A DNA stretch of 64,000 bases from Candidatus Marinacidobacterales bacterium (GCA_965226495.1 OZ245365.1:2912001-2976000); one strand, 5' to 3'. Shown: positions 1 through 9,872, counted from the first letter of the stretch. Made by a program: numbers and translations. The notes: generated from the letters alone by a model not told the origin.

Positions 1-14
1 AGAGCCGGCTCGTT

Positions 15-53
15 GAATAGAGGGGAATAGAGGGGAATAAAGGGGATATAGGG
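15..53. repeat. ~4 tandem copies of a 10-mer (GAATAGAGGG)
   Basis: gaatagaggg gaatagaggg gaataaaggg gatataggg read directly. Confidence 0.8.
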
Positions 54-55
54 AA

Positions 56-1012
56 CTAGACGGAGAAGTCGTTCGCCTCTGGGTCGGCGGTGATCGGGGC
101 CATCGCCCAGGCGCGTCCCAATCGTACGCAAATGTCACGCATGGGAAGTCTCGAAAAGAGCGGCAGCTGCCCTGCACCAGACGCGAGCCCGGTAAACGTG
201 AGGGAGACCCCAACGACCGGCTCCTCCCTGCTCTTAAAGGATCCGAGAAGGCTCCGCGCGGGAACCTCGAGCTCGATAGGGCCCGACATTGGATGGGGCA
301 ACAAACTGTAACGCTCCAAAGACACTCCATCGCGATAGACGATGGCTAGTTCCAGACCTCGCGCACCGATTCTCAACTGCTGGAGTTTCTTCGCGGCGCG
401 CCGGCACAGAAGGCTAACCGCCCTCTCTAGCCGATTACTCCGAGACCAGTCGGGCCGATCCTCTCTACCTCGCACCAGTTTCATCAACCTTGCCACCTCA
501 GGCCCGAGGAGGGCGCGGGCCTCGTCATCGCTAAGCGCCGCCATCTGGCCCAGAGTCGTGATGCCGCGGCGGCGAAGCGCCGCCGCCTGGGCCGGCCTGA
601 GCTCATCCAGCTCTTCCAACGGAACTTTCGACGTGAACTGGGGTTCATACCCAGGCAGAAGCACGAGGAGACCGCGCGGCCTCGCCATCCGGGACGAGAT
701 TCTCGCCGCGAGCCGAGTCGAGGCGATACCGACAGACGAGTCGAGGGATATGGAATGGCAGATGTCATCCCGAAGCCGTTCCGCCCAATCCATGTTCAAC
801 ATGTTCATGCCGCCAGGAGTACTAGGGTCGATGGACGACAGAAGCACGGCCTCGTCAGCAGAAGGTCGTTCCCAACCATGGCCGTGTCGTTCCAGACACT
901 GCTCGAAGCACTCCGTTCTGGCCAGGAGGGCTTCGAGCGTCTGCCCACCTCCTGACTCCTCGAAGAAGTTATCGAGGGCGACGTGCGCGACCTGTTGTTT
1001 ATCGCGTTTCAT
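56..1012 (-). CDS. Y-family DNA polymerase-like protein (DinB/ImuB-like), probably catalytically inactive
   Basis: HVALDNFF (cf. HxDMDxFF), PSADEAVL (cf. SIDEAYL), SVGIASTRLAARISS (cf. SxGIAxNKxLAKxAS), HhH and little-finger regions, C-terminal QLPLF clamp-type motif; finger domain missing. Confidence 0.75.
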   Translation of the reverse strand: MKRDKQQVAHVALDNFFEESGGGQTLEALLARTECFEQCLERHGHGWERPSADEAVLLSSIDPSTPGGMNMLNMDWAERLRDDICHSISLDSSVGIASTRLAARISSRMARPRGLLVLLPGYEPQFTSKVPLEELDELRPAQAAALRRRGITTLGQMAALSDDEARALLGPEVARLMKLVRGREDRPDWSRSNRLERAVSLLCRRAAKKLQQLRIGARGLELAIVYRDGVSLERYSLLPHPMSGPIELEVPARSLLGSFKSREEPVVGVSLTFTGLASGAGQLPLFSRLPMRDICVRLGRAWAMAPITADPEANDFSV

Positions 1013-1019
1013 CCTACTG

Positions 1020-1150
1020 GCTCAGTGCGGGCTCGCTCCTTCAGCAGTGCGGCGGGGCCCCACCACCCCCACCGCCGCCCCTTCGCCGGCAAGCGGCTTC
1101 GGGCCAGCTGATGGCTCCCCGCGCAGGGGGCAGTGACTTCGTGCGCACTC
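1020..1150. repeat. dispersed intergenic hairpin repeat, copy 1
   Basis: ~95-bp core shared with 9750-9850 and the reverse complement of 55850-55950. Confidence 0.85.
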
Positions 1151-1184
1151 TGTGAGCAATTGGTGTCAAATACGGTCGAACCGA

Positions 1185-1505
1185 TTAGTGAACGGGCTTT
1201 TTGCCCCAACCGACGTTCGAATACGAGTCTTGATAGATCCGCATATTTTCCTGCAGGGCCGCGGTGAGGGCGGGAATGAACTGAACGGGGACGACGATCT
1301 TGGCTCGTATCGGGGCCTCGACGACATGAGTCGACCCATCCGGCGCCTTCTTGAACTCACGCTCTTCGATAGGAAGCATTTCGCAAAAGGTCAGCGTGAA
1401 ATCGAAGGGAGTGTGGGTGATCGCGCAGAAATTGGCGTATGTCCGCCCGGTCGGTTCGGTTTCTTTTGGAATCACCGTGAAGTTGATTTGTTTCTTTTGT
1501 TCCAT
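1185..1505 (-). CDS. DUF3467-like small protein
   Basis: YANFCAITHTPFDFTLTF...AKIVVP...ALQEN..Y pattern; GGAGG RBS. Confidence 0.75.
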   Translation of the reverse strand: MEQKKQINFTVIPKETEPTGRTYANFCAITHTPFDFTLTFCEMLPIEEREFKKAPDGSTHVVEAPIRAKIVVPVQFIPALTAALQENMRIYQDSYSNVGWGKKPVH

Positions 1506-1551
1506 CTAAACCTCCTTTTAGCGTGGCTTTGACCGGCTTTGGTCGGGCCGC

Positions 1552-2154
1552 TCAGTATTTCCTCATTAGGCCGATCACGACACCCTGGATCTTCACTTCC
1601 TCTTCCTTTGCGATAATGGGCTTCATCGTGGGGTGGGCTGGCTGCAACCGAATTTGCGCTTTCTCCCGATAAAATTTCTTGAGAGTAGCGTTCTCCCCTT
1701 CTAAGAGGGCCACCACCATTTCTCCATTCCGAGCCGAGTTGCGGTTCTCGACGATGACGTAATCCCCGTCGCGAACCTGGTCATCGACCATCGATTCGCC
1801 TTTCACCTTCAGCACGAAGACATCTCGCCGGCCGATCATGTCTTCCGGCACCGCCACGACTTCACTCGTGCGGATGGCCTCGATGGGCTGCCCGGCGGAA
1901 ATCAAGCCCACCAGGGGTACGTCTCGAGCTTCTGGCTTGGGCTGGGAAGGCACGACCTCGATGGCTCGGGCTCGGTTCCAATGACGACGAATCAACCCCT
2001 TCTCTTCAAGATGAACGAGGTGCTTGTGAATCGTCGAGATCGAGTTCAGCTTGAAATGTTCGCTGATCTCAACCAGGCTGGGGGCATAGCCGTTCTTGCG
2101 AATGGACTCCTCGAGATAATCCAGGATCTGTTTCTGGCGTTTGGTCAGAATCAT
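1552..2154 (-). CDS. lexA: SOS repressor LexA
   Basis: LTKRQKQILDYL HTH, AG cleavage site (ISAGQP), catalytic Ser (GESM) and Lys (TLKK); start set at ATG 2154. Confidence 0.97.
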   Translation of the reverse strand: MILTKRQKQILDYLEESIRKNGYAPSLVEISEHFKLNSISTIHKHLVHLEEKGLIRRHWNRARAIEVVPSQPKPEARDVPLVGLISAGQPIEAIRTSEVVAVPEDMIGRRDVFVLKVKGESMVDDQVRDGDYVIVENRNSARNGEMVVALLEGENATLKKFYREKAQIRLQPAHPTMKPIIAKEEEVKIQGVVIGLMRKY

Positions 2155-2187
2155 GGACCTTTCTCCCGTCTTCAGACCATATTTAAC

Positions 2188-2202
2188 GAAAGAAAAGCGA
2201 AA
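2188..2202 (-). promoter_or_regulatory. candidate LexA box (TTTC-N7-TTTC, degenerate GTTC-N7-GTTC)
   Basis: direct repeat 34-48 nt upstream of the lexA start, next to a TTGCTT -35-like hexamer; GTTC-N7-GTTC is the described Acidobacterium/alphaproteobacterial LexA motif. Confidence 0.4.
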
Positions 2203-2278
2203 AAGCAAGGGAAATTTATAGTAGATTTACGTGTTATAAATAGGACTTGAAGCATTTTCGAACTTTGGAGGCTTACCA

Positions 2279-2620
2279 TTGGCAAACGACCTAGCGAAAA
2301 TGGAGTGTGTCCCGTGCCGCGGCGGTGTGCCCCCCGTCCGAGGCGATGAATTAAAAGCACTCGAGCGAAGGCTCGGTGGCGCCTGGCGGACGGTCGACCA
2401 ACATCATCTAGAGAAAGAGTTCTCATTCAAGGATTTCCGGGAGGCACTCGCCTTCACGAACCAAGTGGGAGAGCTCGCAGAGGCCCAGGGGCACCACCCC
2501 GACGTCTATCTGGCCTGGGGTAAGGTCAGGCTCACCATATGGACCCACAAGATCGATGGCCTGACGGAAAGCGACTTCATCTTGGCTGCCAAAATAGATG
2601 AGCTTTCGGCCGCTGGCTAA
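2279..2620 (+). CDS. phhB: pterin-4a-carbinolamine dehydratase
   Basis: AEAQGHHPD, WTHKIDGLTESDFILAAKID. Confidence 0.93.
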   Translation: MANDLAKMECVPCRGGVPPVRGDELKALERRLGGAWRTVDQHHLEKEFSFKDFREALAFTNQVGELAEAQGHHPDVYLAWGKVRLTIWTHKIDGLTESDFILAAKIDELSAAG

Positions 2621-2632
2621 GGGAGGAGGTTT

Positions 2633-3469
2633 CTAGAGAGTCGGTACCCCCGATCGCCGCCGCCCGACCGAAAATGCCTTCTCGAGTTGCTCGAGCTCAG
2701 CTTCGGAAAGTTCGATCTCCGAAGCTTGGTGATTCTCCGCCACGTGATCGGAGTTCGAGCTCTTCGGAATCGTGAACAGGCTTTCACGTCGAGTCAAGAA
2801 CGCGAGCGCGACCTGTCGCGCGCTGGTGCCTCGCGAGCTCGCGACCTCCCCGAGCACCTTGGCTCTCTCGCCACGCAAAACGAAACGGCCAGAGTAAAAG
2901 GGGCTGTAGCCAACCACGGTCACACCATGTTCTTCACACCACGGCAAGACCTGCCGCTCGATGGTTCGTTCCTGGAGGTGATAGAGCACCTGGTTGCACG
3001 CGATCTTGTTTAGGCCGGCTATGCGCTCGGCCTCTTCGAGTCCGGAAACGTCGAAGTTGCTCAAGCCGTATGATCGAATCTTCCCCTCCGCGACTAACTC
3101 TTCGAAGGCCTTGATGGTCTCCTCGAGAGGATGAGTTCCCGGCCAATGGAGTAAGTAGAGATCGAGATAGTCGGTGCCGAGCCGTTTCAGGCTGGCTTCA
3201 CAGGCTCGCAGTGTCCCACGATAGGAGGCGTTGCTCGGCATGACCTTGGAGGCCAAAAAGGCATCGCCACGACGACCGTCGATCGCTTTCGCCACCAAGC
3301 GCTCGACCTTTCCATCTCCATACATCTCCGCGGTATCGATGTGATTCATCCCCAAGTCGAGACCGCGTCTTAGCGCCCGAACCGCCTGGGTCGCCTCGTC
3401 TCGCTCCATGTTCCAAGTACCCTGCCCAACGATGGACACCGAGGCGTTCCCGAGCGTACGTAATTTCAC
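2633..3469 (-). CDS. aldo/keto reductase
   Basis: GQGTW, IDTAEMYG, DLYLLHWP, GLSNF, IPKS. Confidence 0.95.
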   Translation of the reverse strand: MKLRTLGNASVSIVGQGTWNMERDEATQAVRALRRGLDLGMNHIDTAEMYGDGKVERLVAKAIDGRRGDAFLASKVMPSNASYRGTLRACEASLKRLGTDYLDLYLLHWPGTHPLEETIKAFEELVAEGKIRSYGLSNFDVSGLEEAERIAGLNKIACNQVLYHLQERTIERQVLPWCEEHGVTVVGYSPFYSGRFVLRGERAKVLGEVASSRGTSARQVALAFLTRRESLFTIPKSSNSDHVAENHQASEIELSEAELEQLEKAFSVGRRRSGVPTL

Positions 3470-3581
3470 GACCGTGAGTTTACATGAAGCCGCGTCAGGT
3501 CATCCTTGCGGCGGGCATCATCCAACCATGGCGTCAACTGAGAGGTGGCCGGACACCAGCGCCACTACGTGTGGCCAGGGT

Positions 3582-4373
3582 CTAAGCTTCGACGACGGTG
3601 AGGAGAACGCTGCGCATCAAGCGCAGGCGGGCATTCTCGATCGCGACCGAAGCGTGCTGGGCGAAGATGGTCACCATTCGCATATGGTAATCGGTGAACC
3701 TCTGGTCTGGGTCGTCGGTAACAATCCCCACATTGATGACGCCCATGACGGTGTCTCGAAGATGGAGAGGTGCAGAGATTGAGTAGCGGGCAGGCGTCTT
3801 GTGGTCGACGAGAGATTGGAATCGGTCGTCCTGCGCCGCTGACCCACTCAAGAGCACCGGCTTGCGATGCTCGATCACCCACCCTGCGACGCCATCGCCG
3901 ATTCGTTGCTTGGTCTCGGTGACGATGTCCTCGTTGATTCCCTCTGCGGCCGCGATCACTAGGTGCTCTTCGTCCTCGTCGAGCAACATCAGTGAGCCCC
4001 GATTCCCACCGACTAGCTGCAACCCAGCACTCAGCACCGCGGCGAACGTCCGTTCAGGGCTGGCGCTGGCGTTGACGGTGGCGATGGCCCGATAGAGTCC
4101 CGAAAGCTCTTTGAGTCGTGCCTCGAGGTCGGCCGATTTGTCCTGCTGGTCGGAAAGCTCGTTGCTAAGCTCCACCTGCTGTTTCCTCAGACGCCTTTCC
4201 TTACCGACTGCATAAAGACAAGAGAGAAGGGCGAGGACCGTCAACACGGAAATCGTGTCCGCCGGATACTGGTGGTAGGACATATAGGTGATGGCGGCCA
4301 GCAGGACCAAGAGGATCCAGAGGACGAAGTGGAAGAGCATGCTTCTCGCGTTGTCGAGCCGCTTGGATTCCAT
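3582..4373 (-). CDS. membrane protein with coiled coil and GAF domain, no output domain
   Basis: two N-terminal TM segments; GSLMLLD...GVAGWV...SAPL...GVINV...AQHASVAIENARL. Confidence 0.85.
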   Translation of the reverse strand: MESKRLDNARSMLFHFVLWILLVLLAAITYMSYHQYPADTISVLTVLALLSCLYAVGKERRLRKQQVELSNELSDQQDKSADLEARLKELSGLYRAIATVNASASPERTFAAVLSAGLQLVGGNRGSLMLLDEDEEHLVIAAAEGINEDIVTETKQRIGDGVAGWVIEHRKPVLLSGSAAQDDRFQSLVDHKTPARYSISAPLHLRDTVMGVINVGIVTDDPDQRFTDYHMRMVTIFAQHASVAIENARLRLMRSVLLTVVEA

Positions 4374-4641
4374 GGACGAACCCCTTCGCCTGAGTTTTAT
4401 CGCTGCTCGTCACACCGACGCGGCGCAAGTTAGCAGAGATCTTGTACTTTTCTCGTTTGTGAAGCTGTAACTATAGAGTACAGGAAGGGATGACTTCCGA
4501 CAAGTGGTCTTGGCAAAGCCTGCGCACGGGACCCCGGGCCGCTTCGTGAAAAAGAAGAGCTCTTTTTTTTCAGACGAGCGAGACAAAAACTCGTTGTGGG
4601 GTACGGGTTTAGACCGTTAGGCCTGTAACTCTGGGAAAGAA

Positions 4642-5112
4642 TCAGCCGCGGCGGATGCCGACCACGCGCCCGGCTTCCTCGGGCCTGGGTAGCTCTTTCT
4701 GCCCTTCGTAGATCGCCTCGAGCTTGGCCCGGGCCGAAGCAGGCATTGCCGCCGATCGTCGACTCTTGAAATCGACGTAGGTCGAAAGATGCTCATCGGT
4801 CGCCGCCAGATAATTCTCCTCCTCATGAAACATCTTCATGAAGTAATGCGCACGTTTTTCGTCGTGGTCCAAGACTTGAACCGTGACCAACAACGGATCG
4901 TCGACTTTGAGCTCCCTCTGGTAGGTGATGTGATCTTCGAGGGCAAACATGGAACCGCCTCCCTTCCTCGCTGAGGCTTCTCCGAGGCCTATTCGATGGA
5001 GGAACTCGTCGGTGCCCCTATCGAAAACCAGGTGGTAGTAGGCGACGTTCAGATGGCCGTTGTAGTCGATCCAACTCGGCTCGACCCGGGTCCTTAAGAG
5101 TTCGATCGGCAC
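4642..5112 (-). CDS. hotdog-fold acyl-CoA thioesterase (4HBT-like)
   Basis: WIDYNGHLNVAYY motif. Confidence 0.9.
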   Translation of the reverse strand: MPIELLRTRVEPSWIDYNGHLNVAYYHLVFDRGTDEFLHRIGLGEASARKGGGSMFALEDHITYQRELKVDDPLLVTVQVLDHDEKRAHYFMKMFHEEENYLAATDEHLSTYVDFKSRRSAAMPASARAKLEAIYEGQKELPRPEEAGRVVGIRRG

Positions 5113-5324
5113 TGCCCCTCCTCCTGAAGGAGTACATCACAGCAGACCGCGAATCAAACGCGACGGAGCGCATTCATAATGAAAATCACCCTCGTTTCGC
5201 ATGGGTCGATTGCCTGCCAAACCTGCTCTTGTGTGGGTAACGGTTTTGAAGTATCCTCCCTCCTTCCTAAAGACAGTAGGGGTTCCTGAGGCAAGAACGA
5301 AACAAGTAACTGAGGAGGTAATGT

Positions 5325-5999
5325 ATGACTAAGGAATCCGACTATTTCGGTCGGCTCGCGGTTTGGGTCGGCTTGGCCGTCGCACTCGTCGTGGGTCTCA
5401 TGACGGCGCCCGTCGATGGTGTTCGGGCACAAGGCCCTGGTGTCAAACAAACGGAGAAACTGGCCGACAAAGCGAACGACACCGTCGGGTCGATCCGGGC
5501 CGCCAAACTGCAGATCAAGGATACGTTGGTGGCCTACAACTTGCTGGTTGGCAACAAGGTCGAGGACCCGAAGAAAACCTACAAGGACCTACAGAAGGGC
5601 ATCGAGGACACCGACAAGAAGGTCGCCGAGGTCGACAAGAAGGTCGCGGCGATGCAAAAGGAAGCAGACATTCTGTTCGCCGATTGGTCGTCCAACCTCG
5701 CCAACATCAGCAGCGAAGATTTACGAAAACGGAGCGAGGAGCGGATGAATGACACGCGGGATCGCTATAACGGGATTCTCGCCGCCGGGGACAAAGCAGG
5801 AGCGGTGTTCAACCCTTTCATCGCCAGCCTCAAGGACCAGGTAGTCTATCTAGGCCATGATCTGAATCCCTCCGCCTTGGCCAGCCTCCAACCGGACGCC
5901 GACAAGCTGAACAAAGAGGCAGAGGTCTTGTTCAAGAAGATCGACGAGACGGTGGATGAAGCCAGCGGCTACATCACGTCCCTGACGCCTCAATCTTAA
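5325..5999 (+). CDS. secreted coiled-coil protein (DUF2959-like)
   Basis: signal peptide; LFADW...LRKRSEER...LKDQVVYLGHDLNP; GGAGG RBS. Confidence 0.7.
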   Translation: MTKESDYFGRLAVWVGLAVALVVGLMTAPVDGVRAQGPGVKQTEKLADKANDTVGSIRAAKLQIKDTLVAYNLLVGNKVEDPKKTYKDLQKGIEDTDKKVAEVDKKVAAMQKEADILFADWSSNLANISSEDLRKRSEERMNDTRDRYNGILAAGDKAGAVFNPFIASLKDQVVYLGHDLNPSALASLQPDADKLNKEAEVLFKKIDETVDEASGYITSLTPQS

Positions 6000-6022
6000 C
6001 TTCGGCCTAACTTCAGTATGAC

Positions 6023-6055
6023 GGGGATGGGTGCGTGGCACCCGTCCCCTTTTTT
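6023..6055 (+). terminator. rho-independent terminator
   Basis: GGGGATGGGTGC-GTG-GCACCCGTCCCC followed by T6. Confidence 0.8.
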
Positions 6056-6976
6056 CTACGGACTTCCTACATCGTCCATGGCACCCGTCGCCCAGGTCTC
6101 ATCCGCAGTGAAGATCGTATCGATGATCAGGTTGGGGCGAAGCCCCTTCATCTTTTTCGCGATATGCGTGCGAACCTCATCGAGCGCCTGCACACCGAGA
6201 TCCGGGGGAGTCAAAATATGAATCATCAAATAGAAGTAGCGTCCGACCCTAACCATGCGTAGAAAAGTCTTGTCGAACGAATAATCCTTCATCGCTTCAT
6301 CGAAACGCTCCTGCACTTCGCTCTGCTCGAATGCTTCCGGCGCGACCTGAAGTAGCTCCCCCACGCTGTCCTGAATCGTCTTGACCGGGACCCGGATCAT
6401 CACTACAACAATGGCGATGACCAGCACCGGATCTACGTAGGGAACCAGGTACGACCAATTAGTCCCCTGGATAAACCAGGCGATCAAGAACGACACCGCT
6501 ACACCGGAGCTAATCCCGCCATCGATGAGCCAATTCTTCGCATCCACCTCCAACAATGGAGATGCGGTACGCTTTGCGGCCCGCATCTGGAGAGCCGCGA
6601 CGAGGAAGCAACCCGCGCTAGCGAGCACGCTGTATAGGAGAGCGTAGCCAAGGCTCAGCTGTCGTCCGCCGTGCAAAACCGCGCTCACTGCCGAAGCAGC
6701 AGCGAAAGCGCAAAGGACGAGGATAATGAGGCCCTTGATGGTGTTCAGAAGCGGCTCGAAAGAGGCGTAGCCGAAATGGAACCTCTCGTCGTCCCGCCGA
6801 CGGACCAAGCGAGCGACTTTGAGTGTTATCAGCCCGAGGACGAATGCGATCGCCGAAAAGAAGCCGTCGAGCAGAATCGCTTCCGATTGGGCCAGCCAGT
6901 AAAATCCGATTCCCAAAACCGCAAAGAAGACGCTCATCACCACCGAGACCTTCAGAGCGGCGCGTTCCTTGTCCAT
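6056..6976 (-). CDS. cation diffusion facilitator family transporter
   Basis: SEAILLDG, FHFGY..EP, about six TM segments plus C-terminal soluble domain. Confidence 0.88.
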   Translation of the reverse strand: MDKERAALKVSVVMSVFFAVLGIGFYWLAQSEAILLDGFFSAIAFVLGLITLKVARLVRRRDDERFHFGYASFEPLLNTIKGLIILVLCAFAAASAVSAVLHGGRQLSLGYALLYSVLASAGCFLVAALQMRAAKRTASPLLEVDAKNWLIDGGISSGVAVSFLIAWFIQGTNWSYLVPYVDPVLVIAIVVVMIRVPVKTIQDSVGELLQVAPEAFEQSEVQERFDEAMKDYSFDKTFLRMVRVGRYFYLMIHILTPPDLGVQALDEVRTHIAKKMKGLRPNLIIDTIFTADETWATGAMDDVGSP

Positions 6977-7004
6977 CTCAAGTCTCCTGTCGCCCGAAAC
7001 GAGC

Positions 7005-7409
7005 CTATATTACATGTATCAGGACATGTCGGCTGCTGCCCCGCCGCCGGTGCTCCCAAAGGAAGACGCCTTGCCAGGTGCCGAGTCCGAGCCGACCGCC
7101 TAGCACGGGGATCGAAATGCTCGTCGCGGTGAGTGCCGCCTTGATATGAGAAGGCATATCATCGGGGCCCTCCGCGGTATGCGTAAAGAGGGTGTCGTCT
7201 TCCTTCACGAGCCGATTGAGCCAGTTCTCCAAGTCGCGGCCGGCGGCCGGGTCTGCATTCTCCTGAATGACCAGACTCGCCGAGGTGTGCTGCACCATTA
7301 CGGTGCAGAGCCCGTCGGCGACGCCGGTCTCACGTACAAGCGCTTGGACCTGGTCGGTGATCTCGTAGAGACCTTGGCGTGTCGTCGAAACGGTGAGGCG
7401 CTTGACCAT
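7005..7409 (-). CDS. yjbQ: YjbQ/UPF0047 family protein
   Basis: QHTSASL..QENADP, EGPDDMPSHIK, LGTWQG. Confidence 0.9.
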   Translation of the reverse strand: MVKRLTVSTTRQGLYEITDQVQALVRETGVADGLCTVMVQHTSASLVIQENADPAAGRDLENWLNRLVKEDDTLFTHTAEGPDDMPSHIKAALTATSISIPVLGGRLGLGTWQGVFLWEHRRRGSSRHVLIHVI

Positions 7410-7425
7410 GGGTGAAGCCGGTGGG

Positions 7426-8304
7426 CTAGTCGAGAAGATCGTCAATAAAAAGCAGGACCGAGCTCAGCATATCCTCTCCGGCGCTGCGCGTAGTCTGGAG
7501 CTCGACGTTGGCGTAAGGGGCGCGATTCACGGGCTCCATGGGAATCCTTCGGGTCTCCTCCTCCTCGCGCTTCACTATCCGTCGACTGCGTTCCAGGCCG
7601 CCGCTGGAGATGTAGTCCCCTATCTTGCCCAGTTCGTCGCAGTCGAGCCAAACTCCATCTTTGCGACACTCGTCGATGATGACGCCACTCGCGCGCATGA
7701 AGTTGCGCCGATGCATGTGAGCGCCGCAGACCGGGCACTTCATGTACATCACTTGGGTTTGACTCTTGTCCAACTGAGACAAGATGGGGCTCGTCCCCTT
7801 CCCTCGCCGATACTCTTCTTTGCTGCGCTGCACTTGTTGACGAACGATGCTGTCGAAGGAGTTGCCTTCGACCCACATCCCGGAGCACGAAGGGCATTCG
7901 TCCACGGTGAAATTGCCAACTTTGCGGTTAACGAGCTTCGGCTTACCGCAGCGCGGACAAGTCAACTTCCCCGTCTTCACGTCCAACGCTGCAGGAGTGA
8001 GCGGCTTGCCACAACTCGCGCAGAATTTGCTCTTCTTCGGCGTCCGGCGTAGGCAGAGAGGGCAGACCAGGCTCAGCTTCGCCGAGTCCATCGTGGGAAC
8101 GGCGCCGCAGTATCGGCAAGGAGTTTGGTTGGCGCTGCGTGAGGCGCCGCAGTTCTGGCAATGCGCGACCTCCGGCGTATAGGAGCGCAGTCGTGGGACT
8201 TCCATGACGAAGTTGCAGGCACAGCGCAACTTTTGCCCGACGCGGTAACGGCTCACGTCCCACTGACGCTTGCACTCCTGGCATGCAATGAGCTTGGTCG
8301 CCAT
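7426..8304 (-). CDS. multi zinc-ribbon protein (zf-TFIIB-like repeats)
   Basis: many CxxC pairs; VDECPSCSGMW, IDECRKDGVWLDCDEL. Confidence 0.8.
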   Translation of the reverse strand: MATKLIACQECKRQWDVSRYRVGQKLRCACNFVMEVPRLRSYTPEVAHCQNCGASRSANQTPCRYCGAVPTMDSAKLSLVCPLCLRRTPKKSKFCASCGKPLTPAALDVKTGKLTCPRCGKPKLVNRKVGNFTVDECPSCSGMWVEGNSFDSIVRQQVQRSKEEYRRGKGTSPILSQLDKSQTQVMYMKCPVCGAHMHRRNFMRASGVIIDECRKDGVWLDCDELGKIGDYISSGGLERSRRIVKREEEETRRIPMEPVNRAPYANVELQTTRSAGEDMLSSVLLFIDDLLD

Positions 8305-8367
8305 TTTTTCTAGAGAAGGGATTAGACCAGTCAATGATATCAAACGACTCGGAGAACTGGAAAGTCG

Positions 8368-8934
8368 TCAGTCTCGTCCCGTGCCGGAATTTTGTCGGGA
8401 CGAGATTTTTTCCCGGTGGCCTCGCCCCTCCGGAGCCTCAGGAGCACGACGCTCGAGGCGCCCTGAATGGAGCCATCGCCTCAAGCAACGGACGTGGTGG
8501 AGACGGTAGTGGATGACGAGCCACAAGACCAAGGTGAAACCAATCGCTTCAGTGGTGAGGTTATAGGGGTTCAGCACGCTATAGACCCAATCATCTAAGG
8601 GAAGGTCGCGATAGCCGAACGTTCCGCTGAACGGCCACATGGCTGTCCAAGGACGCATCCACATTCGATCGCAGAGCTGGTGGATCCAGAGAGCAAGCGG
8701 GTAAATGAGTGGCTTCTTGAGGGCAACGAGAACTAACGTCAGGAGCAGATTGACGAGAAGCGAGTGGAAGTACACCCGGCCGTTGTTGATGGTCTCGCGA
8801 AAGATGACGAGGCCGACGGGCTTGTCGATCAAATCCGCCAGAAGAGCAAAGAAGATCACCCAACGAAGATCCGCCTTCGGTGTTGCCCAACGCGCCGGCA
8901 GAGCGGCGGATGCAATGTGTCCGAATACCAGCAT
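8368..8934 (-). CDS. metal-dependent membrane hydrolase (YdjM-like)
   Basis: GH, ADLIDKP, R..FHSLL, HQLCD. Confidence 0.75.
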   Translation of the reverse strand: MLVFGHIASAALPARWATPKADLRWVIFFALLADLIDKPVGLVIFRETINNGRVYFHSLLVNLLLTLVLVALKKPLIYPLALWIHQLCDRMWMRPWTAMWPFSGTFGYRDLPLDDWVYSVLNPYNLTTEAIGFTLVLWLVIHYRLHHVRCLRRWLHSGRLERRAPEAPEGRGHREKISSRQNSGTGRD

Positions 8935-9032
8935 GAATCGCGCGTCATTCTATGGCTTCGCGGGCGTTTGTCAATCGACTGCGCACGTCGCTGCCCATCA
9001 CTTCTGAGATAAGATAGAATAGAGAGAGAGCT

Positions 9033-9668
9033 ATGAAAGGAATGGTCGTTATCGCTCTAGCGCTCGCCTCTCTCCAAGCCATCCAACCCACCTATCTGCC
9101 CGCGAGTTACCGCAGTGGCGAGATACCCGTGCAGCCTCCTCAAGTACCGGGGGGTGGCCAGGTACTCCTGGAGCTGACGGTAGGAAACGATGGCAAAGTA
9201 CTCAAAGGACACACGCTCAGATCGACGCCGCCGTTCACAGAGCTCCTGGTAGACGCGGTTCGGCTCTGGAAATTCCAACCCGCCGAAGACCGAGGCGACG
9301 AGGTCGAATCCGGGGTATTGGTAGCTGCCTTGTTCCGTCCTCCAACGTTAGTGAGCCCTGCCGCGGGGGAGCCAACCAAGGACGTCACACCACCATCCAA
9401 CTCGATTCCGATGCCCTACACGATGGTGCAACCCGACTATCCGCCGGGAGCAGTCGCAGACGGTGTGGTGCTCGTTGAAACCATCGTGGAGCGCGATGGT
9501 ACCGTCGAAGCGGCTCGTGTCTTGCGGTCGGCGGCGGCCTTCGACCAGGCAGCTACCGACGCTGTGCTCCAGTGGAAATTCCGCCCCGCCCGTCGGGACG
9601 GGCAACCCGTGCCCTCGTTCGCCTATATCATCTTCGGATTTCGGCAACCGGTGACACCGTCGAAATAA
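9033..9668 (+). CDS. TonB-family protein with two TonB C-terminal domains
   Basis: two G.V.LE..V...G.V...W.F.PA units; signal peptide. Confidence 0.8.
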   Translation: MKGMVVIALALASLQAIQPTYLPASYRSGEIPVQPPQVPGGGQVLLELTVGNDGKVLKGHTLRSTPPFTELLVDAVRLWKFQPAEDRGDEVESGVLVAALFRPPTLVSPAAGEPTKDVTPPSNSIPMPYTMVQPDYPPGAVADGVVLVETIVERDGTVEAARVLRSAAAFDQAATDAVLQWKFRPARRDGQPVPSFAYIIFGFRQPVTPSK

Positions 9669-9670
9669 TC

Positions 9671-9870
9671 TGCTCAGTGCGCGCTCACTCTTCGTTCGCG
9701 CGCTCGGCGCCTCGCTCCTCGCTCGGCTACCCGTCGTCGGCCCACTCGGGCCGGGCTCGCTCCTTCGTGAGTGCGGCGGGGCCCCACCCCCACCGCCGTC
9801 CCTTCGCCGGCAAGCGGCTTCGGGACAGCTGATGGCTCCGCGCGCTGGGTGCCGTGAACTCACTAGCACC
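9671..9870. repeat. dispersed intergenic hairpin repeat, copy 2
   Basis: matches 1020-1150 and the reverse complement of 55825-56065; lies between convergent genes. Confidence 0.85.
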
Positions 9871-9872
9871 TG

